This document shows, piece by piece, positions 23,557 through 34,058 of a DNA stretch of 64,000 bases. The stretch comes from Vicinamibacteria bacterium (lineage in GTDB: Bacteria; Acidobacteriota; Vicinamibacteria; Vicinamibacterales; JAENWD01). Every line of letters starts with the position of its first letter. Position 1 is the stretch's first letter. The notes under the pieces are model-generated. The model was not told where the DNA came from. It saw only the letters and a list, made by a program, of their open reading frames with translations, and ran no database searches. The stretch is from positions 139,609 to 203,608 of the forward strand of contig CAWFRL010000013.1 of assembly GCA_963818215.1 (NCBI GenBank). The letters are read 5' to 3'. Both the position numbers and the translations under genes were made by a program.

Positions 23557-24293
23557 TTAGCCGTGCTCTTGCGCATGCAACTCGGTGGCCGCCTTCGATG
23601 GCCCGGCGGCAGGGGAGGGGGAACCCAGGGCGCGGCCGTACAGCCCGTGCCTGGCGATGTGCTGCTCGACCAGCGGGGGCGTCATGCCCGCGATGGCGCG
23701 GTTGCCGGCCGCGGCCAGGCGGATGGCCGTCGCCGACACCGCCGGCGTCTTCGCATGCACCAGCCAGATGGCGGGTTCCGCCGTGTCCGCTGCGCCTCGG
23801 CGGCGTCGACGCATCGGCCACACGCATCCGATGCGGCCAGCGACGGCAACTCGTCGCGCAGCGACGCCGCGTCGCGTCCGGGCCGGGACACCACGACGAA
23901 ATGCGCGCGGGTCAGGATCGCCGGGTAGTCGTGCCACGTGGCAATTTCTGCAAACGCATCGGCGCCCGTGATGAAGAACATCTGCGAGGCCTGCCAGCCC
24001 TGGGCGGCGTACGCCGCCAGCGTGCGGCTGGTGTAGGACGGGCCTTCGGCGTGCAGCTCGCGGTCGTCGACCAGCAGGCCTGGCGTCTCGGCGATGCCCA
24101 GCGCGACCATCGCGAAGCGGTGCTCGGGCGAGGCCGAGGGCTGCAACGTGCGGTGGGGCGGGATGTGCGCCGGGATCAGGTGCACGGCGTCAAGATCCAG
24201 CGCCGCGTCGGCGGCCAGCGCTGCCGCCAGGTGTCCGTGATGGAACGGGTCGAAGGTGCCACCGAGAAGGCCGATACGGCCGGTGCGCGTCAT
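23557..24293 (-). CDS. nadD: nicotinate-nucleotide adenylyltransferase NadD; 1-2 frameshifts
   Basis: ORF 23682-24293(-) MTRTGRIGLLGGTFDPFHHGHLAAAL...FITGADAFAEIATWHDYPAILTRAHFVVVSRPG. C-part in ORF 23557-23937(-): ...AIWLVHAKTPAVSATAIRLAAAGNRAIAGMTPPLVEQHIARHGLY. Shift near 23800-23830. Confidence 0.85.
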
Positions 24294-24323
24294 CCCTGAA
24301 GGCAGGATAGCAGAATCATGTCA

Positions 24324-24394
24324 ATTGCAGATTGCAGATTGACGATTGCAGATTACGAAATTACTCGGATTCTGAGGGGATTACGCGGATTCGG
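24324..24394. repeat. ATTGCAG-type heptamer array followed by a GGATTACGCGGATTCGG motif
   Basis: ATTGCAG ATTGCAG ATTGACG ATTGCAG ATTACGA (24324-24358), then CGGATTCTGAGGGGATTACGCGGATTCGG (24367-24394). The obgE stop codon (rc 24381-24383) and its last codons lie inside the motif. Confidence 0.85.
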
Positions 24395-25487
24395 TCGAGC
24401 TGAGATCGAGCGCGGCTTTCTGCGCCGCGCGCGCCTCGGCCAGGATGGTCCAGGCGGCTTCGAGCAGCGGCTGCAGGCCGGTCCCGGCGACGGCCGAGAT
24501 GCGGAAGAAGGGCAGCTCGAGTTCGCGCGCGCGCGCTTCGAGCGACGCGACCAGCGACTCGTCGGTGGCGGCGTCCATCTTGTTGGCCGCCACCAGCTGC
24601 GGCTTGCTTCCCAAGCTCGGCGTCGAAGAGCGCGAGCTCCTTGCGAAGCACGTCGAGGTCGTCGGCCGGCGCGCGGCCCGACATGCCCGAGACGTCGACC
24701 AGGACGATCAGGACCTTCGTGCGCTCGAGGTGCTTGAGGAAGCGATCGCCGAGCCCGTGCCCCGTGTGCGCGCCTTCGATGAGGCCCGGCACATCGGCGA
24801 CGACGAAGCTGCGGTCGTCGCGCATCAGCACGACGCCGAGATTCGGCGTGAGCGTGGTGAACGGGTAGTCGGCGATCTTCGGCTTGGCCGCCGAGATGCG
24901 CGAGATGAGCGTGGACTTGCCCGCGTTGGGATAGCCAACCAGCCCGACATCGGCCAGCAGCTTGAGGTGCAGCCGCAGCCTTCGCGCCTCGCCGGGCAGT
25001 CCCGGCTGCGACTTGCGCGGCGCGCGGTTAGTGGAGGTCGCGTAAAACGCGTTGCCCAGCCCGCCCTTGCCGCCCCTGGCCACCAGCACGCGCTGGCCGG
25101 GTTCGGCCAGGTCGGCAAAGAGCGTCCACTCGCGTTCGGACGTGGGAGCGCTCGCCTCGCCATCGGCAGGCTCGCCCTCCGGATCGATCTCCTGCGCGTA
25201 GACCAGCGTGCCGATGGGCACCTCGAGCACCAGGTCGTTGCCCGTGCTGCCCGTGCGGTTCGAGCCCGATCCCGGCTTGCCGTCGTCGGCGTGATGTTCT
25301 GGATGGAAGCGGAAGTTGACCAGCGTGTTGATGTGGTCGCTGGCGAGCAGATACACCGAACCGCCCGGCGCCGCCGTTGCCGCCATCGGGCCCCCCACGC
25401 GGGCACGAACTTCTCGCGGCGGAAGCTCATGGCGCCCCGGCCGCCGTGGCCGGCCGCGATTTCGATGTCGACTTCGTCAACAAACAT
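24381..25487 (-). CDS. obgE: GTPase ObgE/CgtA; 2 frameshifts
   Basis: [29 protein letters not shown] (ORF 24825-25487). ...[24 protein letters not shown]...[27 protein letters not shown]...[16 protein letters not shown]...[15 protein letters not shown]...[11 protein letters not shown] (ORF 24361-25398). Tail ...[15 protein letters not shown]...[20 protein letters not shown] (ORF 24381-24614). Shifts near 25395 and 24610. Confidence 0.9.
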
Positions 25488-25530
25488 GGGAGAGGGCTTG
25501 AGGACACAGGCGGACGGGGCTGCGCGGTCG

Positions 25531-25562
25531 AAACAAAAGGCGGCGTGCCGAGGCCCGCCGCC
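25531..25562 (-). terminator. probable Rho-independent terminator/attenuator between rpmA and obgE
   Basis: On the minus strand: GGCGGCG-GGCCTCGGCA-CGCCGCC followed by TTTTGTTT (plus-strand AAACAAAA 25531-25538, stem arms 25539-25545 and 25556-25562). Confidence 0.55.
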
Positions 25563-25597
25563 CCGATCGACCGAAGCCTGCCGACCGCAGCTCTCGG

Positions 25598-25861
25598 TTA
25601 CTGCTGCTCGACCGGGTGAACGCTGATGAACCGTCCGCGCGCGCCGTGGTCTTCGAACTTGACCTTGCCGGCGACCTTCGCAAACAGCGTGTCGTCCTTG
25701 CCGAGGCCGACGTTGAGCCCGGCCTGGAACTTGCGGCCGCGCTGCCGGACCAGGATCGACCCGCCGGTCACCACGTTGCCGTCGTGCTTCTTGACGCCCA
25801 GCCGCTGCGCGTTGCTGTCGCGGCCGTTGCGTGAGCTGCCCTGTCCCTTTTTTGTTGCCAT
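25598..25861 (-). CDS. rpmA: 50S ribosomal protein L27 (intact)
   Basis: [70 protein letters not shown]... is the lower part of ORF 25598-26179(-). ATG is rc of 25859-25861. Confidence 0.95.
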   Translation of the reverse strand: MATKKGQGSSRNGRDSNAQRLGVKKHDGNVVTGGSILVRQRGRKFQAGLNVGLGKDDTLFAKVAGKVKFEDHGARGRFISVHPVEQQ

Positions 25862-25863
25862 GG

Positions 25864-26179
25864 CTAGATCACGATCTCCTTCACGAGCAGCCGCGTGTAG
25901 ATGCTGCGGTGGCCGCGCGACTTGCGGAAGCCCTTGCGGCGCTTCTTCTTGAACACCCGAATCTTCGGGCCCCGCGACTCGCCCTCGATGACGGCCACCA
26001 CGCGGGCGCCCGACACGAACGGGGCGCCGGCAATGATGTCGCCGCCGTCTTTGGCCACAAACAGCACCGAGCTCACCGACACTTCTTCGCCGGCCTGCGC
26101 CCGCGAAGTGGTCGACCTCGACCGTGGCCCCGGGCGTGACTTTCACCTGCCGCCCGCCGCTCTGGATGATTGCGTACAC
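25864..26179 (-). CDS. rplU: 50S ribosomal protein L21; one frameshift
   Basis: GTG start at 26179 with AGGAG 7 nt upstream. [24 protein letters not shown] joins ORF 25864-26082(-) ...[72 protein letters not shown]. Shift near 26100. Confidence 0.9.
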
Positions 26180-26200
26180 GACCGAACTCCTAACTTACTC

Positions 26201-26256
26201 AGGTTCACAGGTTCACAGGTTCACAGGTTCACAGGTTCGGATTACGCGGATTACAC
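26201..26256. repeat. 4x AGGTTCAC (reverse complement of GTGAACCT) plus a degenerate unit, then 2x GGATTACRC 9-mers
   Basis: Perfect octamers at 26201-26232, AGGTTCGG at 26233-26240, GGATTACGC GGATTACAC at 26239-26256. On the minus strand the array lies directly upstream of the rplU Shine-Dalgarno sequence. Confidence 0.9.
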
Positions 26257-26343
26257 CCGTGACTACTCGCCCGGAGGCAGACTTTCGCCTGCGGACAAAG
26301 GATTGATTATACAGGGGTCGGCACGGCAGCCGGCTGGCAAGCC

Positions 26344-26386
26344 TGGAACCGGAACCGACCGGAACGTGAACCCCGGAACCCGTGAC
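26344..26386. repeat. degenerate GGAACC / GTGAACC array
   Basis: TGGAACC GGAACC GACCGGAAC GTGAACC CCGGAACC CGTGACC, ending at the stop (26387-26389) of the minus-strand lipoprotein gene. Confidence 0.55.
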
Positions 26387-27259
26387 CTATTTCAGAAGAA
26401 CCCGGGATCCCCGGATTTTCTGGCTGCTCAAGGTGCTCAGGAAACTGGGCACCAGCCGGTCCATCAGCTCGAAATACGACGACAGGGCCGGCGTCGACTG
26501 CTGCGGGCTGTAGAGGATCTCTTCGCGGAACGTCTCGGAGTACAGCGTGGCGCCCGTCCGGCCGTCGATGAAGATGAACTTGGGCCGCAGGATGAACCCC
26601 TTGCGCTCCATGTAGGTGCGCACCGGGACGACCCGCCGGCGGCCGAGGGTGTCGTAGTACTCCTGCTCGCGCTGCACGAAGCCGGACCGCGCGTGCGGCG
26701 TGAACAGCACCGAGCCGGTGACGATCAGCGGGTTCTGGAACTCCTCGCCGATCTTCTTCCAGTAGTCCACGTTGGCGAAGATCGTCTCGAGCGGCTCGAG
26801 ATCCTTCTCGTCCTTGATGCGCGGCGTCTGGCCGTCGCCTGCGGGCGGTTGCGCCGCGGGCGGCTGGGACGGCGGCGGCTGCGTCGCGGGGGCCTGGCCG
26901 TTGGTGCCGTTGGTGCCCTCCGGGCCTCCGGGCGCGGTCCCGTCGGTGGCCGGCGGCGTCGCGGGCGGCTCGGTGCGTTGCTCGACCGCCAGTTCCAGCA
27001 GCGGCAGCACGTCGGCGTCGATCACGCGCAGACCCGACTTCGAACGCAGCTGGCTGCGGAGCAGCCGCACGGTTTCGAGGTTGGCGTCGACGTCTTCCGA
27101 TCCGCCCGCGAGAAAGCCCGCAATCAGCACGCGCTGAAACGCCGACACGTCCATCTTGGGCTGGATCGGCGTTTCGATCGGCACCTCGTAGAAGCTGGTG
27201 CACGCGCTCACCGTGAGCGCAAGCAGACTAGCGGCTGCCGCGGCGGCTCGTGCGGTCAT
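26387..27259 (-). CDS. hypothetical lipoprotein with Pro/Ala/Gly/Thr-rich linker
   Basis: Lower part of ORF 26387-27520(-). Start taken at ATG (rc 27257-27259). MTARAAAAAASLLALTVSAC (lipobox VSAC)...PATPPATDGTAPGGPEGTNGTNGQAPATQPPPSQPPAAQPPAGDGQ...NPLIVTGSVLFTPHARSGFVQREQEYYD. No family recognised. Confidence 0.5.
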   Translation of the reverse strand: MTARAAAAAASLLALTVSACTSFYEVPIETPIQPKMDVSAFQRVLIAGFLAGGSEDVDANLETVRLLRSQLRSKSGLRVIDADVLPLLELAVEQRTEPPATPPATDGTAPGGPEGTNGTNGQAPATQPPPSQPPAAQPPAGDGQTPRIKDEKDLEPLETIFANVDYWKKIGEEFQNPLIVTGSVLFTPHARSGFVQREQEYYDTLGRRRVVPVRTYMERKGFILRPKFIFIDGRTGATLYSETFREEILYSPQQSTPALSSYFELMDRLVPSFLSTLSSQKIRGSRVLLK

Positions 27260-27585
27260 TGATTTCCTTGAACAGCTCGTAGTTCTGCCGGACCATCTGG
27301 TTTTCCGGATCGAGCTCGAGCGCGCGTTCGTACGCCTTGCGCGCCTTGTCGAACTCGCCTTCGTGCTCGTACGCGACGGCCAGGTTGTTGAACGCGGCCG
27401 AGTAGGACGGGTCGATCTTGGCGGCCTGATCCCAGCGATAGATGGCTTCGCGCCACAGTCCTCGCTGTGCCACCGAGATCCCGAACTCGACGTGTTTCTT
27501 CGCGCTCTCGCGTGCGTCATCAGCCAGGGCTGGAGCGGCCGACACCGAGAGCAGCGAACGCGGCAACCAGGACGTGTCGAGTCAT
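27228..27585 (-). CDS. small secreted tetratricopeptide repeat protein; one frameshift in the signal peptide
   Basis: ORF 27228-27566(-) ...GLWREAIYRWDQAAKIDPSYSAAFNNLAVAYEHEGEFDKARKAYERALELDPENQMVRQNYELF. The ATG at rc 27583-27585 gives MTRHVLVAAFAAL and joins after one shift. Confidence 0.65.
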
Positions 27586-27825
27586 GGCAGGAATGCCCTC
27601 ACTATGCCACCGGGCCACGGGAGGTGCAAGCAAATGCGGCGGATTCTCCGGCGCTCATCTCAGCGATTGAGCAGCAAGCCCCATACCACGGATGTTTAGA
27701 CGCCCACCGCAGGATAAACGGCTGGGTCGTGGGCGATTGTCCTCGGCGAGGGCCAGGACAGGTTGTTTCGGAGGACGTAAGCCCTTACAATCGAGCGCAC
27801 GAGGAGGTCGGGCGGGAGAACCGCC

Positions 27826-28763
27826 ATGGACCTGCTGTACCTCGACCCTTCCGCGCCCGACTATCCCCGCACGCCTTCGCGACATCCCCGACCCGCCCGA
27901 CCGCCTGTGGCTTCGCGGAGATCCGCGTGCGCTGGCCCGCACGTCGGTCGCGATTGTCGGCTCGCGCCGCGCGTCGCCGGGAAGCCTCGACATCGCGCAC
28001 CGCCTGGCGGCGGACCTGGCCAGGATTGGCTTGACCATCGTCTCCGGCCTGGCGCGCGGCTGCGACGGCGCTGCACACCGTGGCGCACTCGACGCCGGCG
28101 GCGTCACCATCGCCGTGCTCGGGTCGGGCGCCGATGTGATCTACCCGCCGGAACACGACTCGCTGGCTGAGCAGATCGTCCGGCAGGGCGCGGTTCTCAG
28201 CGAGTTCCCGCCCGGCGCCCCGCCGCTGCCCCATCACTTCCGCCAGCGCAATCGCCTCATCAGCGGCCTGGCCCGCGGCGTGATCGTCATCGAGGCCAAC
28301 GACAAGAGCGGCTCGCTGATCACGGCCGGTTGCGCGCTGGCGCAGGGAAGAGAAGTCATGGTCGTCCCCGGCACCGTGCTCGCCGGTCGCAATCGTGGCG
28401 GCCATCAGCTGATCCGCGACGGCGCCGCGCTGGTCGAGAACGCCGAGGATGTGCTTGCGGTGCTGGTGAGTGCCGTCCCAGCCCTCGCGGCGAGCGAAGC
28501 GAGCCGCTCCGCGGCCGAAGGCGCGCGCCACCGCGCGCGCGAAGCGGCGCGCCCCTCGACGCCGAGGCGCCGAGCCCAGGACGACCCTGTTCTCGCCGCG
28601 CTCGATGCCGACGATCCGCAGGATTTCGACCAGCTCGCGCGGCGAACGGGCCTGCCGGCGACCGCCGTTGCTGGCTCGGTTGGCTGAGCTGGAGTTGTCC
28701 TGGCAGATTGCCCGATATCCCGGGGGACGGTTCGTGCGTTGTTCGGGGAAGGTGATAACGTAG
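27826..28763 (+). CDS. dprA: DNA-processing protein DprA (Smf); 2 frameshifts
   Basis: [14 protein letters not shown], then (ORF 27692-28687) [22 protein letters not shown]...[70 protein letters not shown]. Tail [20 protein letters not shown] is in ORF 28470-28763. Shifts near 27870 and 28680. Confidence 0.85.
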
Positions 28764-28812
28764 CCTCAGGTCCGGCGCCCGGGAAGTCCCGTGGCGTCGG
28801 CCAGAAGTTGTT

Positions 28813-31522
28813 ATGTCTAAACCACTTGTGATTGTCGAGTCGCCGGCCAAGGCCCGCACGCTCGAACGGTTCCTCGGCTCCGACTATGCCGTGATGGCCA
28901 GCGTCGGGCACATCCGGGACCTGCCCCAGTCGGCCAAGGAGATTCCCGCGCTCATCAAGGACAAGCCCTGGGCGCGGTTTGGCGTCGACCTCGACGGCGA
29001 CTTCACCCCGCACTACGTCGTCCCCGACGACAAGAAGAAGAACGTCCAGAATCTGAAGGCGGCGCTCAAGAACGCCTCGGAAGTGCTGCTGGCCACCGAC
29101 CCGGACCGCGAAGGCGAGTCGATTTCATGGCACCTGAGCGAGGTCCTCAAGCCGAAGGTGCCGGTCCGGCGGATCGAGTTCCACGAGATCACGGAAGACG
29201 CGGTCAACGACGCCATCGCTCACGCCCGGGACATCAACCAGAGCCTGGTCCGGGCGCAGGAAAGCCGGCGCATCGTCGATCGGCTGTACGGCTACTCGCT
29301 GTCGCCGGTGCTGTGGAAGAAGGTGCAGACCGGGCTCAGCGCCGGGCGCGTGCAGAGCGTCGCCGTGCGGCTCATCGTCGAGCGCGAGGAAGCGCGCCGC
29401 GCGTTCCGCACCAGCACGTACTGGGACCTCGAGGCGAAGCTGGCCGGGGAGGGCAGGGAGTTTCCCGCGACGCTGGTTCGCCTTGGCGACGCGCGAGTGG
29501 CGACGGGCAAGGACTTCGATTCGGCCACCGGCGAGCTGAAGACGCGCGGCGTGCGTCACCTCGACGAACCCGCCGCGCGCGACGCTGGCGGCCGCGCTCG
29601 AGACGCAACCTGCCCTGGACCGTCACGTCGGTTGAAGCCAAGCCGGGCCTCGAGCGTCCGGCGCCGCCGTTTACCACCTCCACGCTCACGCAGGAAGCCA
29701 GCCGGAAGCTTGGCTATTCCACGGGCCGCACGATGCAGATCGCGCAGCGGCTGTTTCAGGGCGTCGAGATCGGCAACGGCGAGATCGAGGGCCTCATCAC
29801 GTATCACCGCACGGACTCGACGACGCTCAGCGACAAGGCGCTGAGCCGAATCGGCACGCGTGATCGGCGAGATGTTCGGCCGCGAATACCACGACGGCCC
29901 GCGGCGGTATCAGACGAAGGTCAAGAACGCGCAGGAAGCCCACGAGGCCATCCGGCCCAGCGACTTCCGCCAGACGCCGCAGAAGCTGGCGTCGTATGCT
30001 CGAGCCCGACGAACTGCGGCTGTACGACCTGATCTGGAAGCGCACGATGGCGTCGCAGATGAAGGACGCGCGCGTGCTGAAGACGACGGTGGAGATCACC
30101 GCTGCCGGCGAGCCGAGCCTGCGATCTTCACCGCATCGGGCAAGGCCATCGAGTTTGCAGGGTTCCGTCGCGCCTACGTGGAGGGCAGCGACGACCCGGA
30201 GGCCGAGCTCGAGGATCAGGAGACGATCCTGCCGGCGTGCGCCGTCGGCGACCGCGTCAACGCGCGCGGGGTGACGCCGTCGGGCCGCGAGGGCCTGGAG
30301 TTTGTCGGCCTCGACGCGAAGAAGCACGAGACGCTGCCGCCGGCGCGCTACACCGAAGCGGCGCTCATCAAGGAACTGGAAGCGGCCGGCATCGGGCGGC
30401 CGTCCACCTACGCGTCGATCATCCAGACCATTCAGAACCGCGGCTACGTCTTCCGGCTCGGGCAAGGCGCTGGTGCCCTCGTTCACGGCGTTTGCCGTCA
30501 CCGAGCTGCTGCGCCTGCACTTCACCGACTACGTCGATGTCGGCTTCACGGCCGAGATGGAAGAAGTGCTCGACGCCATCAGCAACGGCGAGCGCGAGTG
30601 GCTCGACTTCGTCCGCACGTTCTATCGCGGCGACGACCGGCACGTCGGGCTCGAGGCGTTGATCCAGAAGAAGCAAAGCGAGATCGACTACCCGGCGATC
30701 GACGTCGGCGTCGATCCCGGCACCGATCAGCCCATTCGCGTGCGCATCGGCCGCTACGGTCCGTTCCTGCAGCGCGGCGAAGGCGGGGAAGGCAACACCG
30801 CCTCGCTGCCCGACGACCTGCCGCCGGCCGATCTCACCGTCGAGCATGCGGTGCAGCTGCTCGAAGCCAAGGCGCAAGGCCCGCAGGAGCTTGGCAGCGA
30901 CCCGGCCACCGGCCAGAAGGTCTACGTCATCGTCGGGCGCTTCGGCGCCGTACGTGCAGCTGGGCGAGGCCGAAAAGGGCAGCAAGGAAAAGCCGCAGGC
31001 GTGCGTCGCTGGTCGCCGGGATGAGCGAGAAGACGATCGACGCTCGACGACGCGCTCAAGCTGCTGGCGCTGCCACGTGAGCTGGGCAAGCACCCCGACG
31101 GCAAGGTGGTTGTGGCCGGGCAGGGACGGTTTGGCCCGTACGTGAAGCACGGCGACGAGTTCCGATCGCTCGAAGACTCCGACGACGTCTTCACGATCGA
31201 GCTGCCGCGCGCGCTCGAGCTGCTGGCGGCGCCCAAGAAGTCGCGCGGACGGAAGACAGCGACCAGGACCGTGCTGAAGGAAGTGGGCCCGCATCCTCGC
31301 GGCGGCGCGACGATCAACCTGCTGGCCGGCCGGTACGGTCCCTACGTCACCGACGGCACGACCAACGCGTCGCTGCCCAAGAGCATGGCGCCCGAACAGG
31401 TCACGCTCGAACAGGCCGTGGAGCTGCTGGCAGCACGCGAAGGCGCGCCGAAGAAGGGCCGCGCCGTGAAGCGCGCGTCGCCGGCGCGCAAGACGCACGG
31501 AAGCGCGCGAGCGACGCCGTAG
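28813..31522 (+). CDS. topA: DNA topoisomerase I; about 9 frameshifts
   Basis: [38 protein letters not shown]...[17 protein letters not shown]...[16 protein letters not shown]. Later pieces come from ORFs 29127-30032, 29860-31080, 29996-30274, 30302-31024, 30846-31145 and 31106-31522, including [31 protein letters not shown] and C-terminal RFGPYV repeats. Confidence 0.95.
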
Positions 31523-31634
31523 CGACACGCACGGTACGGGCGACGCGTCACGCGTCGACGTGGGCGTCGTGCCGAGTGGCGCGAGGTGCGCACTCGCAAT
31601 CGCTCGCCCGTACCCGCAGTACGACGACGCAGTC

Positions 31635-33042
31635 ATGGTTCGAATCATCGGCGGTGGACTGGCCGGGTCCGAAGCGGCATGGCAGGTGGCCAGCCGCGGC
31701 GTGCCGGTCACGCTGTACGAGATGCGCCCGGTTCGGCCGACCGAGGTCCACAAGACCGACCGGCTGGCGGAACTGGTCTGCAGCAACTCCTTCCGCGGCG
31801 ACAAGCTCGACAACGCCGTCGGCCTGCTCAAAGAAGAGATGCGCCGGCTCGGCTCGCTGGTGATGCGCGCGGCCGAGGCCGCCCGCGTGCCGGCCGGCGC
31901 CGCGCTGGCCGTCGATCGCGATCGCTTTTCGCAGGCGGTCACCGACGCCATCGCCTCGCATCCGCTCATCACGCTCGAGCGGCGTGAGATCGATCGGGTG
32001 CCCGAGCCCGACGGCGCCCCCTGGATCATCGCCACCGGTCCACTCACGTCGGACGCGCTGTCGGCCGACATCGTGCGCCTGGTTGGCGCCGAGCACCTGT
32101 CCTTCTACGACGCCATCAGCCCGATCGTGCTGGCCGAGTCGATCGATCGGAGCAAGGTGTTCAGGCAGAGCCGGTGGGATCGGAGTCTGGGGCCGGGCTG
32201 GCGACAATCGCGAGGGCGCGAAGGCGCGAAGGCGCGAAGCACGAGGCCTGGTCGCCGTCCCCGCTTGCGGCATCGATGACGGGCAAGGCGACTACCTGAA
32301 CTGCCCGTTCACGAAGGACGAGTACGACCGGTTCTACGACGCGCTCGTTGGCGCCGAATCGGCGACGGTGCACGACTTCGACAAGGCGAAGTTCTTCGAG
32401 GGGTGCCTGCCCATCGAGGTGATGGCGCATCGCGGGCGCGACACGCTGCGCTTTGGCCCGATGAAGCCGGTCGGCCTGGTCGATCCGCGCACAGGCCGGC
32501 AGGCGTACGCCGTCGTGCAGCTGCGTCAGGACAACCTGGCCGGCGACCACTGGAGCCTCGTCGGGTTCCAGACGCAGTTGAAGTGGGGCGAGCAGGCGAC
32601 GCGTGCTGCGGATGATCCCCGGTCTCGAACAGGCCGAGTTCGTGCGCTTCGGGATGGTGCATCGCAACACCTACATCAACGGCCCGACCGTGCTGCAGGA
32701 GACGTGGCAGACGCGCGCGCGCCCGGATCTGTTCTTCGCCGGGCAGGTGAGCGGCGTCGAGGGCTACGTCGAGTCGGCGGCCTCGGGGCTGCTGGCGGGC
32801 CGCAACGCCGCGGCGCTGGTCCTGGGCGAGCCGCTGACGACGTTGCCGCGCACGACGGCCATCGGCGCGCTCGCGTACTACGTGTCGCACGCCGAAGCGA
32901 AGTACTACCAGCCGAGCAACATCACCTTCGGCATCATGGCGCCGCTCGAGGTGGCGGGCCGCCGCGCGCCCAAGGGCGCCGACCGCAAGCGGCGCAATCT
33001 CCGAGCGGGCGCTGGCGGATCTGGGGCCTGGCGCCCGTATGA
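31635..33042 (+). CDS. trmFO: methylenetetrahydrofolate--tRNA-(uracil-5-)-methyltransferase TrmFO (Gid); about 3 frameshifts plus an internal repeat-containing insertion
   Basis: [32 protein letters not shown]...[24 protein letters not shown] (ORF 31560-32279). [21 protein letters not shown]...[11 protein letters not shown] (ORF 31984-33042). [25 protein letters not shown]...[23 protein letters not shown] (ORF 32603-33544). Stop TGA 33040-33042 overlaps the xerC ATG. Confidence 0.9.
32213..32247 (+). repeat. tandem octamer array GARGGCGC inside the trmFO ORF
   Basis: GAGGGCGC GAAGGCGC GAAGGCGC GAAGCAC GAGG, within the ~106-nt extra segment 32181-32286. Confidence 0.8.
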
Positions 33043-34052
33043 CGGCGCCGGCGCATACTCGAGGACGCGAGGTCCACGACGGATCGCTCAAGCAGTACAT
33101 CCGCGACTTCGTCGAGTACCTGCGGCTCAACCGCAACGTGTCGGCCCACACCGTCCGCGCCTACGAGAGCGACCTCGCGCAGTTCCTCACCGCCAGCGCC
33201 GCTGCGCAGCAGCGCTCGCGGCCGTCGCTGACGCCGGCCGACTTCTCACCCGACAACGTGCGCCTCTTTCTCGGCGCCGTCTTCCGCGACGGCGCCAGTC
33301 GCGCGACCGCCGCGCGCAAGCTGGCGGCGGTGCGCACCTTCGCGCGATGGCTTCGACGCGAAGGCGTGATCGAGGGCGACCCGGCGGCGCTGGCGGGCAC
33401 GCCCGTCGCGCGAACAGAAGATCCCGGTCCATCTGTCCATCGAGGAGATGGCCAAGCTGCTCGAGACGCCCGATCGCGGCTCGCCGCTGGGCCGCCGCGA
33501 CCAGGCGATGCTCGAGTTGTTCTACGCCTCGGGTCTCCGGTTGAGCGAGCTGACCGGCCTCGACCTCGACGACCTGAATCTGAGTGCGCGGATGGTGCGC
33601 GTGCTGGGCAAGGGGAGGAAGGAGCGGCTCGTCCCCATGACGCAGACCGCCGCGGACGCGATCCGGGCGTACCTGCCGGATCGCGAGACAGATGGTCCGG
33701 AGTCCGCGCAAGGTGCCTGCAGTCCGCAGTCCCCAGTGCCGCGATCCGGCGTCCGCGTCCCGAGCACCCCCTCTTTGTCAACTACCGCGGACAGCGGCTG
33801 ACCCCGCGCAGCGTGCATCGGCTGGTGCGGAAGTACGTCGCGCTCTGCAGCACGCGGTTCGGCATCTCGCCGCACGCGCTGCGGCATTCGTTTGCCACGC
33901 ACCTGCTGGAGGGCGGCGCCGACGTGCGGGGCATCCAGGAACTGCTCGGCCACGCGCAGCTCAGCACCACGCAGCGCTACACGCACGTCAACGCCGCGCA
34001 CCTGATCGAGGTCTATCGCCAGGCGCACCCGCGGGCGAAGAAGGGCGGCTAG
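33039..34052 (+). CDS. xerC: site-specific tyrosine recombinase XerC/XerD family; 2 frameshifts
   Basis: ORF 33039-34052 N-part ...[34 protein letters not shown]. Middle (ORF 33448-33801): ...[50 protein letters not shown]-part: ...[42 protein letters not shown] (R..HxxR..Y catalytic set). Confidence 0.85.
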   Translation: MTAPAHTRGREVHDGSLKQYIRDFVEYLRLNRNVSAHTVRAYESDLAQFLTASAAAQQRSRPSLTPADFSPDNVRLFLGAVFRDGASRATAARKLAAVRTFARWLRREGVIEGDPAALAGTPVARTEDPGPSVHRGDGQAARDARSRLAAGPPRPGDARVVLRLGSPVERADRPRPRRPESECADGARAGQGEEGAARPHDADRRGRDPGVPAGSRDRWSGVRARCLQSAVPSAAIRRPRPEHPLFVNYRGQRLTPRSVHRLVRKYVALCSTRFGISPHALRHSFATHLLEGGADVRGIQELLGHAQLSTTQRYTHVNAAHLIEVYRQAHPRAKKGG

Positions 34053-34058
34053 GGCGAG

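Noticed and set aside
33039-34052. Tyrosine recombinase as marker of an integrated mobile element
   Set aside because: The position directly after dprA-topA-trmFO with a 4-nt start/stop overlap matches the chromosomal XerC/CodV context. No phage, IS, att or tRNA features are adjacent. The synteny break is reported separately as a hypothesis only.
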